Shown here: in pieces, positions 1-9,339 of the stretch
Layout of the letters: each line of letters opens with the position of its first letter
How positions within the stretch are numbered: position 1 is the first letter of the stretch
From: an uncultured archaeon
GTDB taxonomy: Archaea; Halobacteriota; Methanosarcinia; Methanosarcinales; Methanoperedenaceae
Assembly (NCBI GenBank): GCA_902386135.1
Contig: CABMIB010000040.1
Span: forward strand, 1,916-25,915
Length of the DNA: 24,000 bases
Reading direction: 5' to 3'
Program-made: the position numbers and the translations under genes
The notes under the pieces: generated by a model
What the model was told of the DNA's origin: nothing
Seen by the model: the letters and a program-made list of their open reading frames with translations, nothing else
The model's database searches: none

Positions 1-293
1 CCGCTGGCAGGCGTGATTGCAACTCTCTCGCCGTGAACAGCTCTCAGTACCGTGAGGTGTGCCGAGGTCTGTGGTATGTAAGAGCCGCCTGCGAACGTGG
101 CTTTGCACTTGGCGCACTGCCATATTCCCGTACCGACCCTTTTTACCTTTATAGCGCCGCATTTCGAGCATGCATAATCTGCATTCGTCTTTTCTTCGAT
201 ATCAGCCACGAGCTTTCTGTTTTTGGTTCCGTACCTGACACCGAACCTGCCGGCGGACCTTGATTTCCTTCCTTTCATTTTGATTTCTGCCAT
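1..293 (-). CDS. rpl37ae: Ribosomal protein eL43 (L37Ae); start at 293, runs off the left edge of the window
   Basis: Hand translation of the minus strand from ATG 293-291 gives [80 protein letters not shown]... This has the GRFG.RYG motif and a CxxC-x14-CxxC zinc ribbon typical of eL43. It is not in the ORF track because no stop lies in the window. It lies directly downstream of rrp42, as in the archaeal exosome superoperon. Confidence 0.85.
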   Translation of the reverse strand, partial: MAEIKMKGRKSRSAGRFGVRYGTKNRKLVADIEEKTNADYACSKCGAIKVKRVGTGIWQCAKCKATFAGGSYIPQTSAHLTVLRAVHGERVAITPAS

Positions 294-295
294 GA

Positions 296-1081
296 TTATA
301 TCACCAGGAACTTCTCTCTGATTTCTTTTGCCTTCTCAATTGCAATATCCACTATATAATTTATCTGCTCCGTGGTGAGGGGGTGTACCCCGCTCTTCTG
401 CATGGCTGATATTGCCCCATTCTGGTTGGAAGTGACAGTCAGCTTGGTCCCGGCTATGCTTTCTTCGTCCTGGGACGGGTCAAGCATTATTGAGCCGCCT
501 ATCTCGACCGCTGTCACAGCCACAGGTACGTCCCTCATCGGGACATTCGCATCCTCACCGAGGTCGTATCGTTTATTGGGGAGCTTGGATGTCAGGAGCG
601 CAGCTACAGCCCCGAGTGAGGCTGCATCCATTATGTTCCCGCCGTCATCCAGCACATGAACGTCTATGAATACCATCCATACTTTTTCGCCCGGTGTTAT
701 GCACAGCTTGGAAAGGTCAACGGCGCCGGATTCCCGCACGCCCCTGTCAACTACCCTGGCAAGCTCGATCGCATCCTCTCTCGGTGGACCTGCCTCAAAT
801 ACAGGCGACGCAAGCGGGATAAGCTCAAGGTTCGTGATTATAACACCCATATCCGGAGTATCCGGGAACGGTGTGCCGGGCTGGATCTTTACGCCCACGA
901 CCAGGTCCGTATCTCCAAGATGCACACGCGCCGACCCTTCAGCCTTGTTAATTACGTTAGTTTCTATCGTAATTTCCCTGTACTGGTCAAAAGCGCGTCC
1001 GTCCTCGCGCTCTCCCTTGACCATAAGATTGTAAATATAATCTTTACGGAGTTCTGTCATTACCTCGTTACTCAATGACAT
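296..1081 (-). CDS. rrp42: Exosome complex RNase PH-like subunit Rrp42
   Basis: RNase PH-fold pattern [41 protein letters not shown]. It follows rrp41 with a 14-nt overlap. The ATG at 1081 (MSLSNEV...) is preferred to the GTG at 1084 used by the track. Confidence 0.9.
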   Translation of the reverse strand: MSLSNEVMTELRKDYIYNLMVKGEREDGRAFDQYREITIETNVINKAEGSARVHLGDTDLVVGVKIQPGTPFPDTPDMGVIITNLELIPLASPVFEAGPPREDAIELARVVDRGVRESGAVDLSKLCITPGEKVWMVFIDVHVLDDGGNIMDAASLGAVAALLTSKLPNKRYDLGEDANVPMRDVPVAVTAVEIGGSIMLDPSQDEESIAGTKLTVTSNQNGAISAMQKSGVHPLTTEQINYIVDIAIEKAKEIREKFLVI

Positions 1082-1799
1082 CACCTTCCATCTGTGAGGC
1101 GTATTTCTCCATCAGGGCCGCCCTCTGGAGTTCGTATATGGCCTTGCACCCGTTCTTTGCAAGCTCAAATGCTTCCCCGAATTCATCCCTGGTAAGGTGA
1201 CCGTCCATCTGGAGAAGTGTAATGTTCCCCTCAGGCGTCATCGCTATAGGCATGTCGGCCTGCCCGTAGTTATCTTCGTCCTTGTTCAGGTCAAGGACCA
1301 CGGTATCGTCTATCTTACCTGCAGCACAGGCCGAGACAAGGCTTTTCATCGGTATGCCTGCATCTGCGAGTGCTATGGATGCTGCGTTTATCCCTGCAGT
1401 CCTTGTGCCGGCATCAGCCTGGAGCACCTCAACGAAAATATCTATCGCAGAGCGCGGGAAATACTCCTGGAATATTACAGGTTCAAGCGCCTCCCGGCTC
1501 ACTTTGGATACTTCGATGCTTCTTCTGTCAGGTCCTGGACGCTTTCGCTCCTCAACCGAGAACGATGCCATATTGTACCTGTACCGCACCACCGCGCTGG
1601 TCGATTTCTGCATGTGGCGGGGATGCACTTCCCTCGGGCCGTAAACAGCCGCGATTACCTTGTTCCCGCCAAACTCAAAATAACATGAGCCGTCCGCCCT
1701 ATTTAAAACGCCTACTTTGATTTTGATAGGCCTTAACTCATCAGGTTTTCTACCATCAAGGCGAATTCCATTTTCAATTAACTTTTCTGGTTTAGTCAT
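1068..1799 (-). CDS. rrp41: Exosome complex phosphorolytic subunit Rrp41 (RNase PH family)
   Basis: [45 protein letters not shown] is the characteristic Rrp41/RNase PH N-terminal signature. The gene order rrp4-rrp41-rrp42 is conserved. Confidence 0.9.
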   Translation of the reverse strand: MTKPEKLIENGIRLDGRKPDELRPIKIKVGVLNRADGSCYFEFGGNKVIAAVYGPREVHPRHMQKSTSAVVRYRYNMASFSVEERKRPGPDRRSIEVSKVSREALEPVIFQEYFPRSAIDIFVEVLQADAGTRTAGINAASIALADAGIPMKSLVSACAAGKIDDTVVLDLNKDEDNYGQADMPIAMTPEGNITLLQMDGHLTRDEFGEAFELAKNGCKAIYELQRAALMEKYASQMEGDVIE

Positions 1800-1847
1800 A
1801 AAATCTCTCTCTTTCTTCCTCTTTCTTTAAGATGTCATAAAAACGAA

Positions 1848-2684
1848 CTATTTACCATTCCCGAGGAGTTCATCAAGGATCCCTCCGGGTTTATGCTCTT
1901 TTACTTTTTCCTCCTCTGCCGGCAGGGGTTCCGTCTCTTCTTCCTGTTTCTCTTCTTGTTCCGCAGGCGCAGTTTCTATTTTCTCCGGTTCTTCTTTCTC
2001 CGGTTCCTTTTCCTTGGGCTTCCCGCCTTTCTCTTCTTTCAGGAACCTTGTTATCCTGTCCGTCAGGCCGGAGATATGGGTTTCTCTTTCTATTTTGAGA
2101 ATGGCCCTTGCTGCCAGGTCCATGCCCTTATCCTTGCCTGTGATCCAGACCCTGCCGTTCTGTCCGATAAAAATGTTACATCCGGTCTCGTTTTTCAGCA
2201 TCGCTATCATGGAGCCGCCCCTGCCGATCAATCGTGGGACCTTGGAAGGTGTTACTTCTATGACGCGCCCTTCTTTCACTGGCCTTAATCTCTGGTCGTT
2301 CAGTGTCAGCTCGACTTTCATGTTCGCGTCCACATCCCTCACAAGGGTCATTATCGATTCGCCGATATTGAGATATTTGGGCATATCCGCGCTCTCTATC
2401 CGCCTTGGGAACTCCGAGATATGCAGCAAACCCTCATAAGGCGACCTGATATCAACGATCCAGTTGGAAAAGGCTATCTCTTTTATAACGCCTATTACCA
2501 TGTCGCCAGCTCTCGGTATGTATTTTCCCGACAGCGGGACGACCCTGATACGGTCTTTAAGCGACGCTATGCCAAAAACCGAGGAGAACACCTTCCCGTT
2601 CTCAACGTAGGTGCCTTCATCCGCCTGTTTTGCATCGTCAGATAGAAAATCACCTGGAATGACTAGTTTTTTATCCATTTCCAT
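1848..2684 (-). CDS. rrp4: Exosome RNA-binding cap subunit Rrp4 (S1 + KH domains) with a long E/K/P-rich C-terminal tail
   Basis: S1-like segment GDMVIGVIKEI..WIVDI and a KH GxxG loop (LIGRGGSMIAML). It lies between the SBDS gene and rrp41. The ATG at 2684 overlaps the SBDS stop (TGATG); the track start at 2687 is a GTG. Confidence 0.9.
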   Translation of the reverse strand: MEMDKKLVIPGDFLSDDAKQADEGTYVENGKVFSSVFGIASLKDRIRVVPLSGKYIPRAGDMVIGVIKEIAFSNWIVDIRSPYEGLLHISEFPRRIESADMPKYLNIGESIMTLVRDVDANMKVELTLNDQRLRPVKEGRVIEVTPSKVPRLIGRGGSMIAMLKNETGCNIFIGQNGRVWITGKDKGMDLAARAILKIERETHISGLTDRITRFLKEEKGGKPKEKEPEKEEPEKIETAPAEQEEKQEEETEPLPAEEEKVKEHKPGGILDELLGNGK

Positions 2685-3379
2685 CACTTTATTAACCTCG
2701 TTTCTGCTGATCCCTTGGTGAGCCTGTTCAGCAGGTTGAACAGTTCATCCTGCATGCCCGCCGGTATCGATATAACTCCTATCCACGAACCGTCGTTCTG
2801 CCATTCCTGTTTTACCAGGTTCCCGAACTTGGCTACGCTGCCGTATGCTTTTGTGGCATATTCGGGCGGGAGCTTTATCGCGATCTTGACTTCCTCAAAC
2901 CGTATGGGGATTATCGGTCGTATAGCTTTCATGGTGATATCGACCTGTTCTTCCACGCTCTTCATGGGGTCGATATGAATGCCTGCCTCATCCATTGCGG
3001 CTTCAATACGCGCAGGGGGATGCGGTGCCTTTGTCTGGGGATTTATCGCGTTCCGGGCAATAAAAGCGATTATCTGCTTCTTCTTATCTTCCTGTATCTT
3101 CCTTCGCTGCTCCGTGGTAAGCTGAAGCTCCCCTTCATTGATTATTTTCTCTGCGATCTTGATAGCATCAGTAGTCCCGAAAGCATTGAGAACATCCTGC
3201 TCTGCCGGCCTGTCGCCATTCCTTGCATCCGAGAACACATCCTCCACCGCCAGGATGTTCTCGATCTTTACAGGGTCGCCTTTTTTAAAAGCCAGTGCTC
3301 CATCCGGGTCAACAAAGACCTCGAATGACTTGCCGTGGGTCTTGAGCCTCGCTATTATTGACTCGTCAAGCGCCACCAT
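2684..3379 (-). CDS. SBDS/Sdo1 family ribosome maturation protein
   Basis: 231 aa. The N-terminus [26 protein letters not shown] and the overall length fit SBDS. The position between psmA and rrp4 is canonical for the superoperon. Confidence 0.88.
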   Translation of the reverse strand: MVALDESIIARLKTHGKSFEVFVDPDGALAFKKGDPVKIENILAVEDVFSDARNGDRPAEQDVLNAFGTTDAIKIAEKIINEGELQLTTEQRRKIQEDKKKQIIAFIARNAINPQTKAPHPPARIEAAMDEAGIHIDPMKSVEEQVDITMKAIRPIIPIRFEEVKIAIKLPPEYATKAYGSVAKFGNLVKQEWQNDGSWIGVISIPAGMQDELFNLLNRLTKGSAETRLIK

Positions 3380-3385
3380 ATTGAC

Positions 3386-4159
3386 TCACTCTTCTTTTTT
3401 CTTTTCTTTTCCTTTCCCCTTGCTGTCTGAAGCGTGTGCTTTTATGACCTTATCAACGTATTCTTCTACTTCGGAGGGGTGAAGTTTCCTGAATTTCCTT
3501 GTCGCAAGCTCGATCACCCCGACCTCGATCGTCGAAGCGTTGAACACGCCTTCGGTAGTGCTGTAAAGGGCCTCAAGCCCGAGAACGATGGCATCGTGAA
3601 GATTAATATCATTTGTATATCTCTTCTCAAAGACCTCCATGGTCTCTGTCCTTCCCGAGCCTATTCCTGTAGCTTTGTATTCAAGCAATGCGCCGCTCGG
3701 GTCTGTCTCGAACAGCCGGGCGCGGCTGTCATCTACCCCTGCGATGAGAAGGGCTGTTCCGAAAGGTCTTACGCCGCCGTATTGCGTGTATGTTTGTTTG
3801 AAATCGCATATTTTTTTGGATAATGTCTCAACACCTATCGGTTCATCATAACTGACCCGGTTTATCTGCGCTTCCACGCGGGCGCGGTCTATGAGGGCGC
3901 GTGCATCAGCCACCAATCCGGAAGTAGCTGCCCCTATATGTTCATCTACCTGGAAAATCTTCTCTATGGATTCTGCCTCAAGCAGTTTGCTTGTAACCCT
4001 CTTGTCCACCAACAGCGCCACTCCATCGGTCGCCTTTATCCCTACAGCCGTTGTTCCGCGTTTTACCGCCTCTCGCGCGTACTCCACCTGGAAAAGCCTG
4101 CCATCAGGGCTGAATACTGTAATCGCCCTGTCATATCCCATCTGGGGTGCCATTTGCAT
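3386..4159 (-). CDS. psmA: Proteasome subunit alpha
   Basis: N-terminal [27 protein letters not shown] signature of 20S alpha subunits. 257 aa. AAGGAG lies upstream of the ATG. Confidence 0.95.
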   Translation of the reverse strand: MQMAPQMGYDRAITVFSPDGRLFQVEYAREAVKRGTTAVGIKATDGVALLVDKRVTSKLLEAESIEKIFQVDEHIGAATSGLVADARALIDRARVEAQINRVSYDEPIGVETLSKKICDFKQTYTQYGGVRPFGTALLIAGVDDSRARLFETDPSGALLEYKATGIGSGRTETMEVFEKRYTNDINLHDAIVLGLEALYSTTEGVFNASTIEVGVIELATRKFRKLHPSEVEEYVDKVIKAHASDSKGKGKEKKKEE

Positions 4160-4310
4160 TATCTCATCTCCTTATTTCAAAAACGTAATCCATATCTATC
4201 TGTGTTCCTGCTATCTTTATTCTTACATTAAGAGGATTGTCTGGGAATATATCAATTTCGTTTTTTTACGAATTGATTTTTTTACTCCGCCCAGAACCGT
4301 CTTCCGCAGT

Positions 4311-4330
4311 CCCCGTATTTAAATACGGGG
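4311..4330. other. Perfect 20-nt palindrome CCCCGTATTTAAATACGGGG in the rnp2-psmA spacer (hairpin or TATA-containing site)
   Basis: Read directly. It is followed by TCGTATTACGGGG (4331-4343), which repeats the right arm. The core TTTAAATA resembles an archaeal TATA box. Function is unknown. Confidence 0.3.
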
Positions 4331-4362
4331 TCGTATTACGGGGTCTTGTTTTTTATTCTCGG

Positions 4363-4710
4363 TCAAGGCTCTTTATTGAGTGGCTGCTGTATAAACTTTT
4401 CCATCGCTCCCTTAATAGTCCCCGATATTCCAAGCACCAAAATGGAGACCCTGCTGCCGCGGATCTTGTTTATGCACGCAAGCGCAGCCCTCGTTTCCGT
4501 GGTACTGTCCCTTGCACAGCGGATGATCCCGTATCTTCCGTCGTACGACATAAGCCCGAAATTGATCTCGCTTGCTCCTGTATCCCCGAACAGCGAACAT
4601 ATCGAGTTCATGGTTTCCTCGCCCATCTCCTGCCGGGTTATTGTTTGCTCTGAGGTGAGCTCAAAAGCGATATATCTCTTTTTATCGCGCAGTGTTGGAA
4701 GGGAACTCAT
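4363..4710 (-). CDS. rnp2: RNase P protein component 2 (Pop5/Rpp14 family)
   Basis: 115 aa. LRDKKRYIAFEL...GIIRC...ALA pattern of archaeal Pop5. ATGA start/stop overlap with the Rpp30 gene upstream. Confidence 0.8.
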   Translation of the reverse strand: MSSLPTLRDKKRYIAFELTSEQTITRQEMGEETMNSICSLFGDTGASEINFGLMSYDGRYGIIRCARDSTTETRAALACINKIRGSRVSILVLGISGTIKGAMEKFIQQPLNKEP

Positions 4711-5375
4711 ATTATCTCGATGCCCTCCTGTATATAATCCGGGCTTTTCCTTCTCAGGATATCAAGCGGGGCTGCGCTCATAGCCCCGACCGCTTCTTCC
4801 CCGGTCATTCCGAAAAGGCTTGCAAGCGCTGCCATTTCTCTTGGTGAGCGAATATCGTACCGTGAAGAGGGGGCGCCTGTGAGCAGCATCGCCAATCCGT
4901 ATTTCCGCGCGTACTTCAGGTTCGCCCTCATCGTCCTCAATTCCCTGATGCGCGCTTCCCCTCTCAGACGGATAAGAGAGCCTAAATTAAAACCAATGGC
5001 AATAGAATTATCATATGCAGCTTTTGCAAGGACGTGATTGAATTTTGCCGGTTGTAAAAGGATATCAAGCCCCGCTGTTTCCACGGCAGCACGGTTGAAC
5101 TCCTCATCCCCGCCCCTTGCTACCAATATTTCCGCGCTTCCCCTGTACCTTTTTATTTCATCCCTGATTTTTGAAGGCTTACATGATACCTCAACCGCGC
5201 TGTGTACCGAAAAATTCTCAGGTATATTGCCGGGATTACCTGTTTTTGAATTGAGTATTGCGATCCCTGAATATCCGTATTTTTTAGCCTCGGATGCAAA
5301 CATGGCAAGAGAATCCTGGCTGTCCGGGACTAAGTGAACGTTGAAGTCGTAGAACCTGGCATCAAACAATGACAT
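4707..5375 (-). CDS. rnp3: RNase P protein component 3 (Rpp30 family)
   Basis: 222 aa. The FYDFNVH N-terminus and TIM-barrel-like length are typical of archaeal Rpp30. It is translationally coupled to rnp2. Confidence 0.8.
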   Translation of the reverse strand: MSLFDARFYDFNVHLVPDSQDSLAMFASEAKKYGYSGIAILNSKTGNPGNIPENFSVHSAVEVSCKPSKIRDEIKRYRGSAEILVARGGDEEFNRAAVETAGLDILLQPAKFNHVLAKAAYDNSIAIGFNLGSLIRLRGEARIRELRTMRANLKYARKYGLAMLLTGAPSSRYDIRSPREMAALASLFGMTGEEAVGAMSAAPLDILRRKSPDYIQEGIEII

Positions 5376-5419
5376 TGTTCGGCTTAATAATTCTAACCAT
5401 ATAATATACTTATGCGAGT

Positions 5420-6454
5420 TTATAAGAGTTGATCAGATTTCCCCTTTTTGTTAGCAACGTCGCTGAAAAAAACCATGGTTTTTTTCATATCATTATTCAG
5501 CTTCCCATAAACCTGGATGTAAACATGTACTTTGCCATAATACCGGTAGTAGGAGAGGAGATACGAATTATTTATTTCTTTCTTATCAAAGCTCCTGAAA
5601 TATACTTTCAGTCCAGGTTTTATATCCGTCTTAAATAACGCCGCATATTTTTTAAATATAGCTTCGTGACCCGATATCTTTTCCCGGCCCGGGATATTTT
5701 TTGAGTATAAAGCATCCAGCTCTTTGTAAAAATTATCTATGAATTCTGAGAATATTATTATGTCATTCAGCTTTTTTTTTTGTATTTTATACTGCGCTGA
5801 CCCTGGTCCGAATTTTTTATCAAAGAATTCGAGGGATGTTAATGTCCCCAATAAAACCGCAGCATTCTCATTAAAGGTCACTTCGTCTTTTTTAAAGAAG
5901 AGCTGATGCGTTCTTTCGTGGAATATCACGTTCACTAATTCTGTTGGATCGTTTCTATCGATCATAGTGGTTATTACAGGGTCGGGCAGAAAACCCAGTG
6001 TGCTCATTGCCTTTGATTCCCTGATGTAAGTATCATATCCAAGCTCCCTCAATTCCAGCTCCTCTTTTCTTGCATCTTCAATGCGGGTGAACCCTTTATA
6101 AGGCAGGCTTCCTATGAACGGCCAGTTCCATAAATAGCTCTTGAAGCTGTCTTTTTTTGACGCGGATAAAGTATAGAAAAAGACATCCCTGTCAAGAGCG
6201 CTGTACCTGCTGTAAGCCTTCGTTTTTAGGAATCCTGCCTCATCCCCGAACGCCATGACCTCAGGTACCAGGCGCAGTTGATCTATTATTTCTTTATCTG
6301 TATTTTTGCTGCTCAAAATATAATTTATATCTTTACTCTTTAGCAGGAGCCTGGCCTGGTCATAGAAGCTCCTTGCAACATACCGTGCACCGGGATTTAA
6401 TATCAAAAACAATGCAATAAGCGCTGTGATAAAAACGATTATTTCTTTAAGCAT
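5420..6454 (-). CDS. Membrane-anchored HExxH zinc metallopeptidase, resembling the bacterial 'putative aminopeptidase' (DUF2265-like) family
   Basis: N-terminal hydrophobic anchor (IIVFITALIALFLIL) and an HExxH motif in VIFHERTHQLFF. It is markedly AT-rich relative to its neighbours. The ATG at 6454 is preferred; the track start at 6472 is a TTG. It overlaps the stop of the upstream TIM-barrel gene. The family name is from memory, not searched. Confidence 0.6.
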   Translation of the reverse strand: MLKEIIVFITALIALFLILNPGARYVARSFYDQARLLLKSKDINYILSSKNTDKEIIDQLRLVPEVMAFGDEAGFLKTKAYSRYSALDRDVFFYTLSASKKDSFKSYLWNWPFIGSLPYKGFTRIEDARKEELELRELGYDTYIRESKAMSTLGFLPDPVITTMIDRNDPTELVNVIFHERTHQLFFKKDEVTFNENAAVLLGTLTSLEFFDKKFGPGSAQYKIQKKKLNDIIIFSEFIDNFYKELDALYSKNIPGREKISGHEAIFKKYAALFKTDIKPGLKVYFRSFDKKEINNSYLLSYYRYYGKVHVYIQVYGKLNNDMKKTMVFFSDVANKKGKSDQLL

Positions 6455-7256
6455 GCCGCCACAGGCTTTCAAGCATTTTCTTACCCCTGCGCACGTCCTC
6501 TATTGAAAATACCTCAAGATTGTATACGCCATCAAACCGCAGCTCGCGCAGCACGGAGAAATCAATGCTCCCTTCCCCGGGTGCGGCGTGCATGTCCCCG
6601 AAGTATTTCTCGCCGTTCACGCCGTTGTTATCGTGTATGTGCGCGTGCACCACGCTGTCCCCGAGCCGTCTTATGAATTCGCGCAGCTTCTTCATATCCC
6701 CGCCGCATGTGAGGTTCGCATGCCCGATATCGAAGGTGGCTTTCAGATTGGGTGAGTTCACCTCTTTTATCGCGCGCAGGTGCTCTTCCACAGTGCAGCA
6801 AAGATTCGTGGGGTCTGTGCCTTCCTTGTTCTCAAGCCCGAGGATAATTCCGCAGTCCCCGGCTTTAAGGGAAAGCTGCCTGAGGTTATCCACCATGTTA
6901 GTGAAACATGCTTCCCTTTCCTCTGTAATCTTCCCCGGATGAATAACGACAACATTGCAGCCAAATTCACCTGCCATGCTGATGCTCTCTTCCATAAGAC
7001 GGAACTGCACTTTGCCCATGTGCGCAGTATCAACCATGAGTTCAACCGGATAGTTCGGAGAATCCCCGAAGTATGGAGCGTGCATAGAGGTGAGGAGGCT
7101 GCTTGTGGTGAGAGCATCTCGAAGTTTCTTCACCCGCTCCTTTACAAGTTCATTTCCCCTGTACAGCCCGAGCTTCGGAATGTAAAGCTCAATGCTTTCC
7201 ACTTCCTTTTGCAGTTCGGGCAGGGGCGATGCAAAGGACGATGCGCCGATTATCAT
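6447..7256 (-). CDS. Xylose isomerase-like TIM barrel protein (sugar phosphate isomerase/epimerase, AP endonuclease 2 family)
   Basis: Pattern VVIHPG...LENKEG...FDIGHANL...HAHIHDN, typical metal ligands of this TIM-barrel family. The ATG at 7256 forms an ATGA overlap with the MBL gene stop. An alternative ATG lies at 7271. Confidence 0.7.
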   Translation of the reverse strand: MIIGASSFASPLPELQKEVESIELYIPKLGLYRGNELVKERVKKLRDALTTSSLLTSMHAPYFGDSPNYPVELMVDTAHMGKVQFRLMEESISMAGEFGCNVVVIHPGKITEEREACFTNMVDNLRQLSLKAGDCGIILGLENKEGTDPTNLCCTVEEHLRAIKEVNSPNLKATFDIGHANLTCGGDMKKLREFIRRLGDSVVHAHIHDNNGVNGEKYFGDMHAAPGEGSIDFSVLRELRFDGVYNLEVFSIEDVRRGKKMLESLWRHA

Positions 7257-8143
7257 TCTTTCACTTCCCATCTTTCCAGCGTACTTTCTCGCACAGGGTG
7301 CTCTTTAAACAGCTCCTTTCGCCTTGCCTCAAGCTGGCTATTCCCGACGCCCAGGAATTCGGCTGCCGTCAGCACTTCCTTTCCTGCATCAAATACCCTG
7401 GCTATCTTTTCCTTCCAGTTCAGATCCCGCAGGAGATGATGGTCGATCACGAGCTTCTCCACGTCCGTCCCGTTAAGGATCCTGAGTATGTTCTCAACAG
7501 CGCCAGCCAGGCTCTCGTACGAATAGCGGTAGCCCAGCATGTACGAAAGAGGGCCGTCGAGATATACGACATCCGGATTCTCTTTTATAATAAAATCCGT
7601 CTGCTCTTTCGTGTTCGGACCCTCCACATCCGAAGTGAACACGAAGCTTTCATCACCTTCCCTGACGCACGTTTCGACAACATATCCGAGCCTGTTGCCC
7701 GTCCCATGGAACACGGCATCCGAGAAGCGAACGCCGGTGTCGCCGAATGAGAACTCCCTGCCGTCCGCATACTCAAGCTTCCCAGGCATGCCGTCGATCT
7801 GCTTTAAAAAAAAATCCGCCCTTCCCTTCTGGCTGCGGTTAATGTTTTCTGTCGGATGCTTGATGAATACGGTCTTACCCCTGTACATTTCAGGGAACTC
7901 AGGGTCATGGTGGTCGTAATGGTAGTGCGTCAGGATAAGCACATCTGATTCTTCCGCGTATTTTTTTATACTTTCCCAGTGCTCATCCATCTTCCTGTAC
8001 TCCAGCGGATGAGGCGGAAGACCGTAGCGCCGCGGTCCAAGGGAGACAGCCGGGTCGATGCAGATATTGCAATCCCCGGTTTCTACAAAAGTTGCCATGC
8101 TGCGCGTCCCGAGCGAATCTGCTGCTATCGGGATTACCTTCAT
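7253..8143 (-). CDS. Metallo-beta-lactamase fold protein, UPF0282 family
   Basis: MKVIPIAADSLGTRSMATFVET...ILTHYHYDHHDP (HxHxDH-type motif). Length and N-terminus match archaeal UPF0282 proteins. GGAGTG lies upstream of the ATG. Confidence 0.8.
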   Translation of the reverse strand: MKVIPIAADSLGTRSMATFVETGDCNICIDPAVSLGPRRYGLPPHPLEYRKMDEHWESIKKYAEESDVLILTHYHYDHHDPEFPEMYRGKTVFIKHPTENINRSQKGRADFFLKQIDGMPGKLEYADGREFSFGDTGVRFSDAVFHGTGNRLGYVVETCVREGDESFVFTSDVEGPNTKEQTDFIIKENPDVVYLDGPLSYMLGYRYSYESLAGAVENILRILNGTDVEKLVIDHHLLRDLNWKEKIARVFDAGKEVLTAAEFLGVGNSQLEARRKELFKEHPVRESTLERWEVKE

Positions 8144-8441
8144 ATCCGCACTCCATTGACCTTCACATGAAAAATCGCTCGAACTTCCATATGGAGCTAA
8201 ACCACTGGCAAAGTATTAAATTTTAAGTTTCCCGCTTGCTTCCCCGGGCATGCAGGTTTATATAAAGAGCATTAAGAAAGAGATGGACTGTTGAGCAAGT
8301 TGCGAAATTGGTAGATGATAAGCCAAAAACGATTCATGAACATTATATAACTCCGTCAATAAAGGACTTAAAATCAATATCAGAAAAAATACCATTATAG
8401 AGCGTTCATAACGAAAGAACTTAAAAAAGGAGTGAAGACTA

Positions 8442-8975
8442 ATGAATAAGAAAATTAAATTGGCAATTATGGGAATTATCACTTTGATTGCAGTAAGCGG
8501 ATGTTTGCAATCAAAAATACAATTAGATCCGCCAACAGCTACTCTTACAATTGTTAAAAGCGACTTTGGAAACGGCAGCAATCAGGGAATCGGCAGCTAT
8601 TGCTTGAAAGAGATATGGATAGGCTCTTGTAAGGATAAGATGGGCATCTTAACGCTACAAGAGCCGTTGCCTGTTGGTTCTCCATTTACAGCACATCTCC
8701 TTCTACCTTTTCAGGAGACTCCAGAAGAGTTGCAGCTTAATGTCATCCCGGTCACAAACAAGGATAAACTTAAAGAAGGTGAGGAACACCGCTGGCAGTT
8801 GTGGCAATTCCAGGAGGGAGAACGCCTCACGCTTCCTCTTGAGCGTGAGCAGGATATAGAGCTATCACTTGAGCCTGGTCTTTACGTTCTGAAAATCGGC
8901 TCCGGGTGGAAAGAAAAAGGTAACTTAAGCTATGGCTTCCTGCTGGAGGTGCAGCCTGAACATCCGAATAAGTAG
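8442..8975 (+). CDS. Hypothetical lipoprotein
   Basis: Signal peptide with lipobox (MNKKIKLAIMGIITLIAVSGC). AAGGAGTG lies 8 nt upstream. No family recognised. Confidence 0.6.
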   Translation: MNKKIKLAIMGIITLIAVSGCLQSKIQLDPPTATLTIVKSDFGNGSNQGIGSYCLKEIWIGSCKDKMGILTLQEPLPVGSPFTAHLLLPFQETPEELQLNVIPVTNKDKLKEGEEHRWQLWQFQEGERLTLPLEREQDIELSLEPGLYVLKIGSGWKEKGNLSYGFLLEVQPEHPNK

Positions 8976-9151
8976 CAAAGGGTTCTATCAAGTTGCCGGT
9001 TGTTTGTTAAAGCCCTGATGCCCTGGCGAAAACAAGTGGATTACTTTAACCCAGAACGCTTTTCAAGCTACTTCATAAAACTGCAAAAGCATATCGTAGG
9101 AATTACAGTAATATAAGCACTCCGCTATAAGATTAAAGTAAACTTAACGCG

Positions 9152-9225
9152 ATAAAAAGGGTAGGCATTAAAACAGCCGTTTCTCACAAAAGTAAAAAGA
9201 ATGTTAAATAAACGGACGTTTTTTT
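9152..9225. repeat. Intergenic module, copy A (ATAAAAAGGGTAGGCATTAAAAC...ends in a T7 run)
   Basis: It aligns by eye with 9630-9701. The first 23 nt differ at one position and the rest is similar with small indels. Both copies end in an oligo-T run. Confidence 0.7.
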
Positions 9226-9339
9226 GATCGTTTCATCAACAAACTTATATATTATTTGGAAATATTATACTCGAAAAATGGATTTAGAAATATTAAAAAT
9301 ATTAACCGAAACAGGAAACTGGAACAGGAGTATATAATT

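Noticed and set aside
33-263. 76-aa plus-strand ORF at the left edge
   Set aside because: It is antisense to a clear eL43 (L37Ae) coding sequence on the minus strand and has no recognisable motifs.
372-8170. Many 60-220-aa plus-strand ORFs across the superoperon (e.g. 656-1078, 1197-1688, 6780-7439, 7229-7750), and similar antisense ORFs elsewhere (12578-12961, 17408-18177, 18644-19481, 20811-21269)
   Set aside because: All are antisense to, or out of frame with, genes that have strong family signatures. They are typical long shadow ORFs in moderately GC-rich coding DNA.
8258-8581. 107-aa minus-strand hydrophobic ORF
   Set aside because: It overlaps, in antisense, the well-supported lipoprotein gene start (lipobox plus SD at 8442). 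Its hydrophobicity reflects AT-rich codons.
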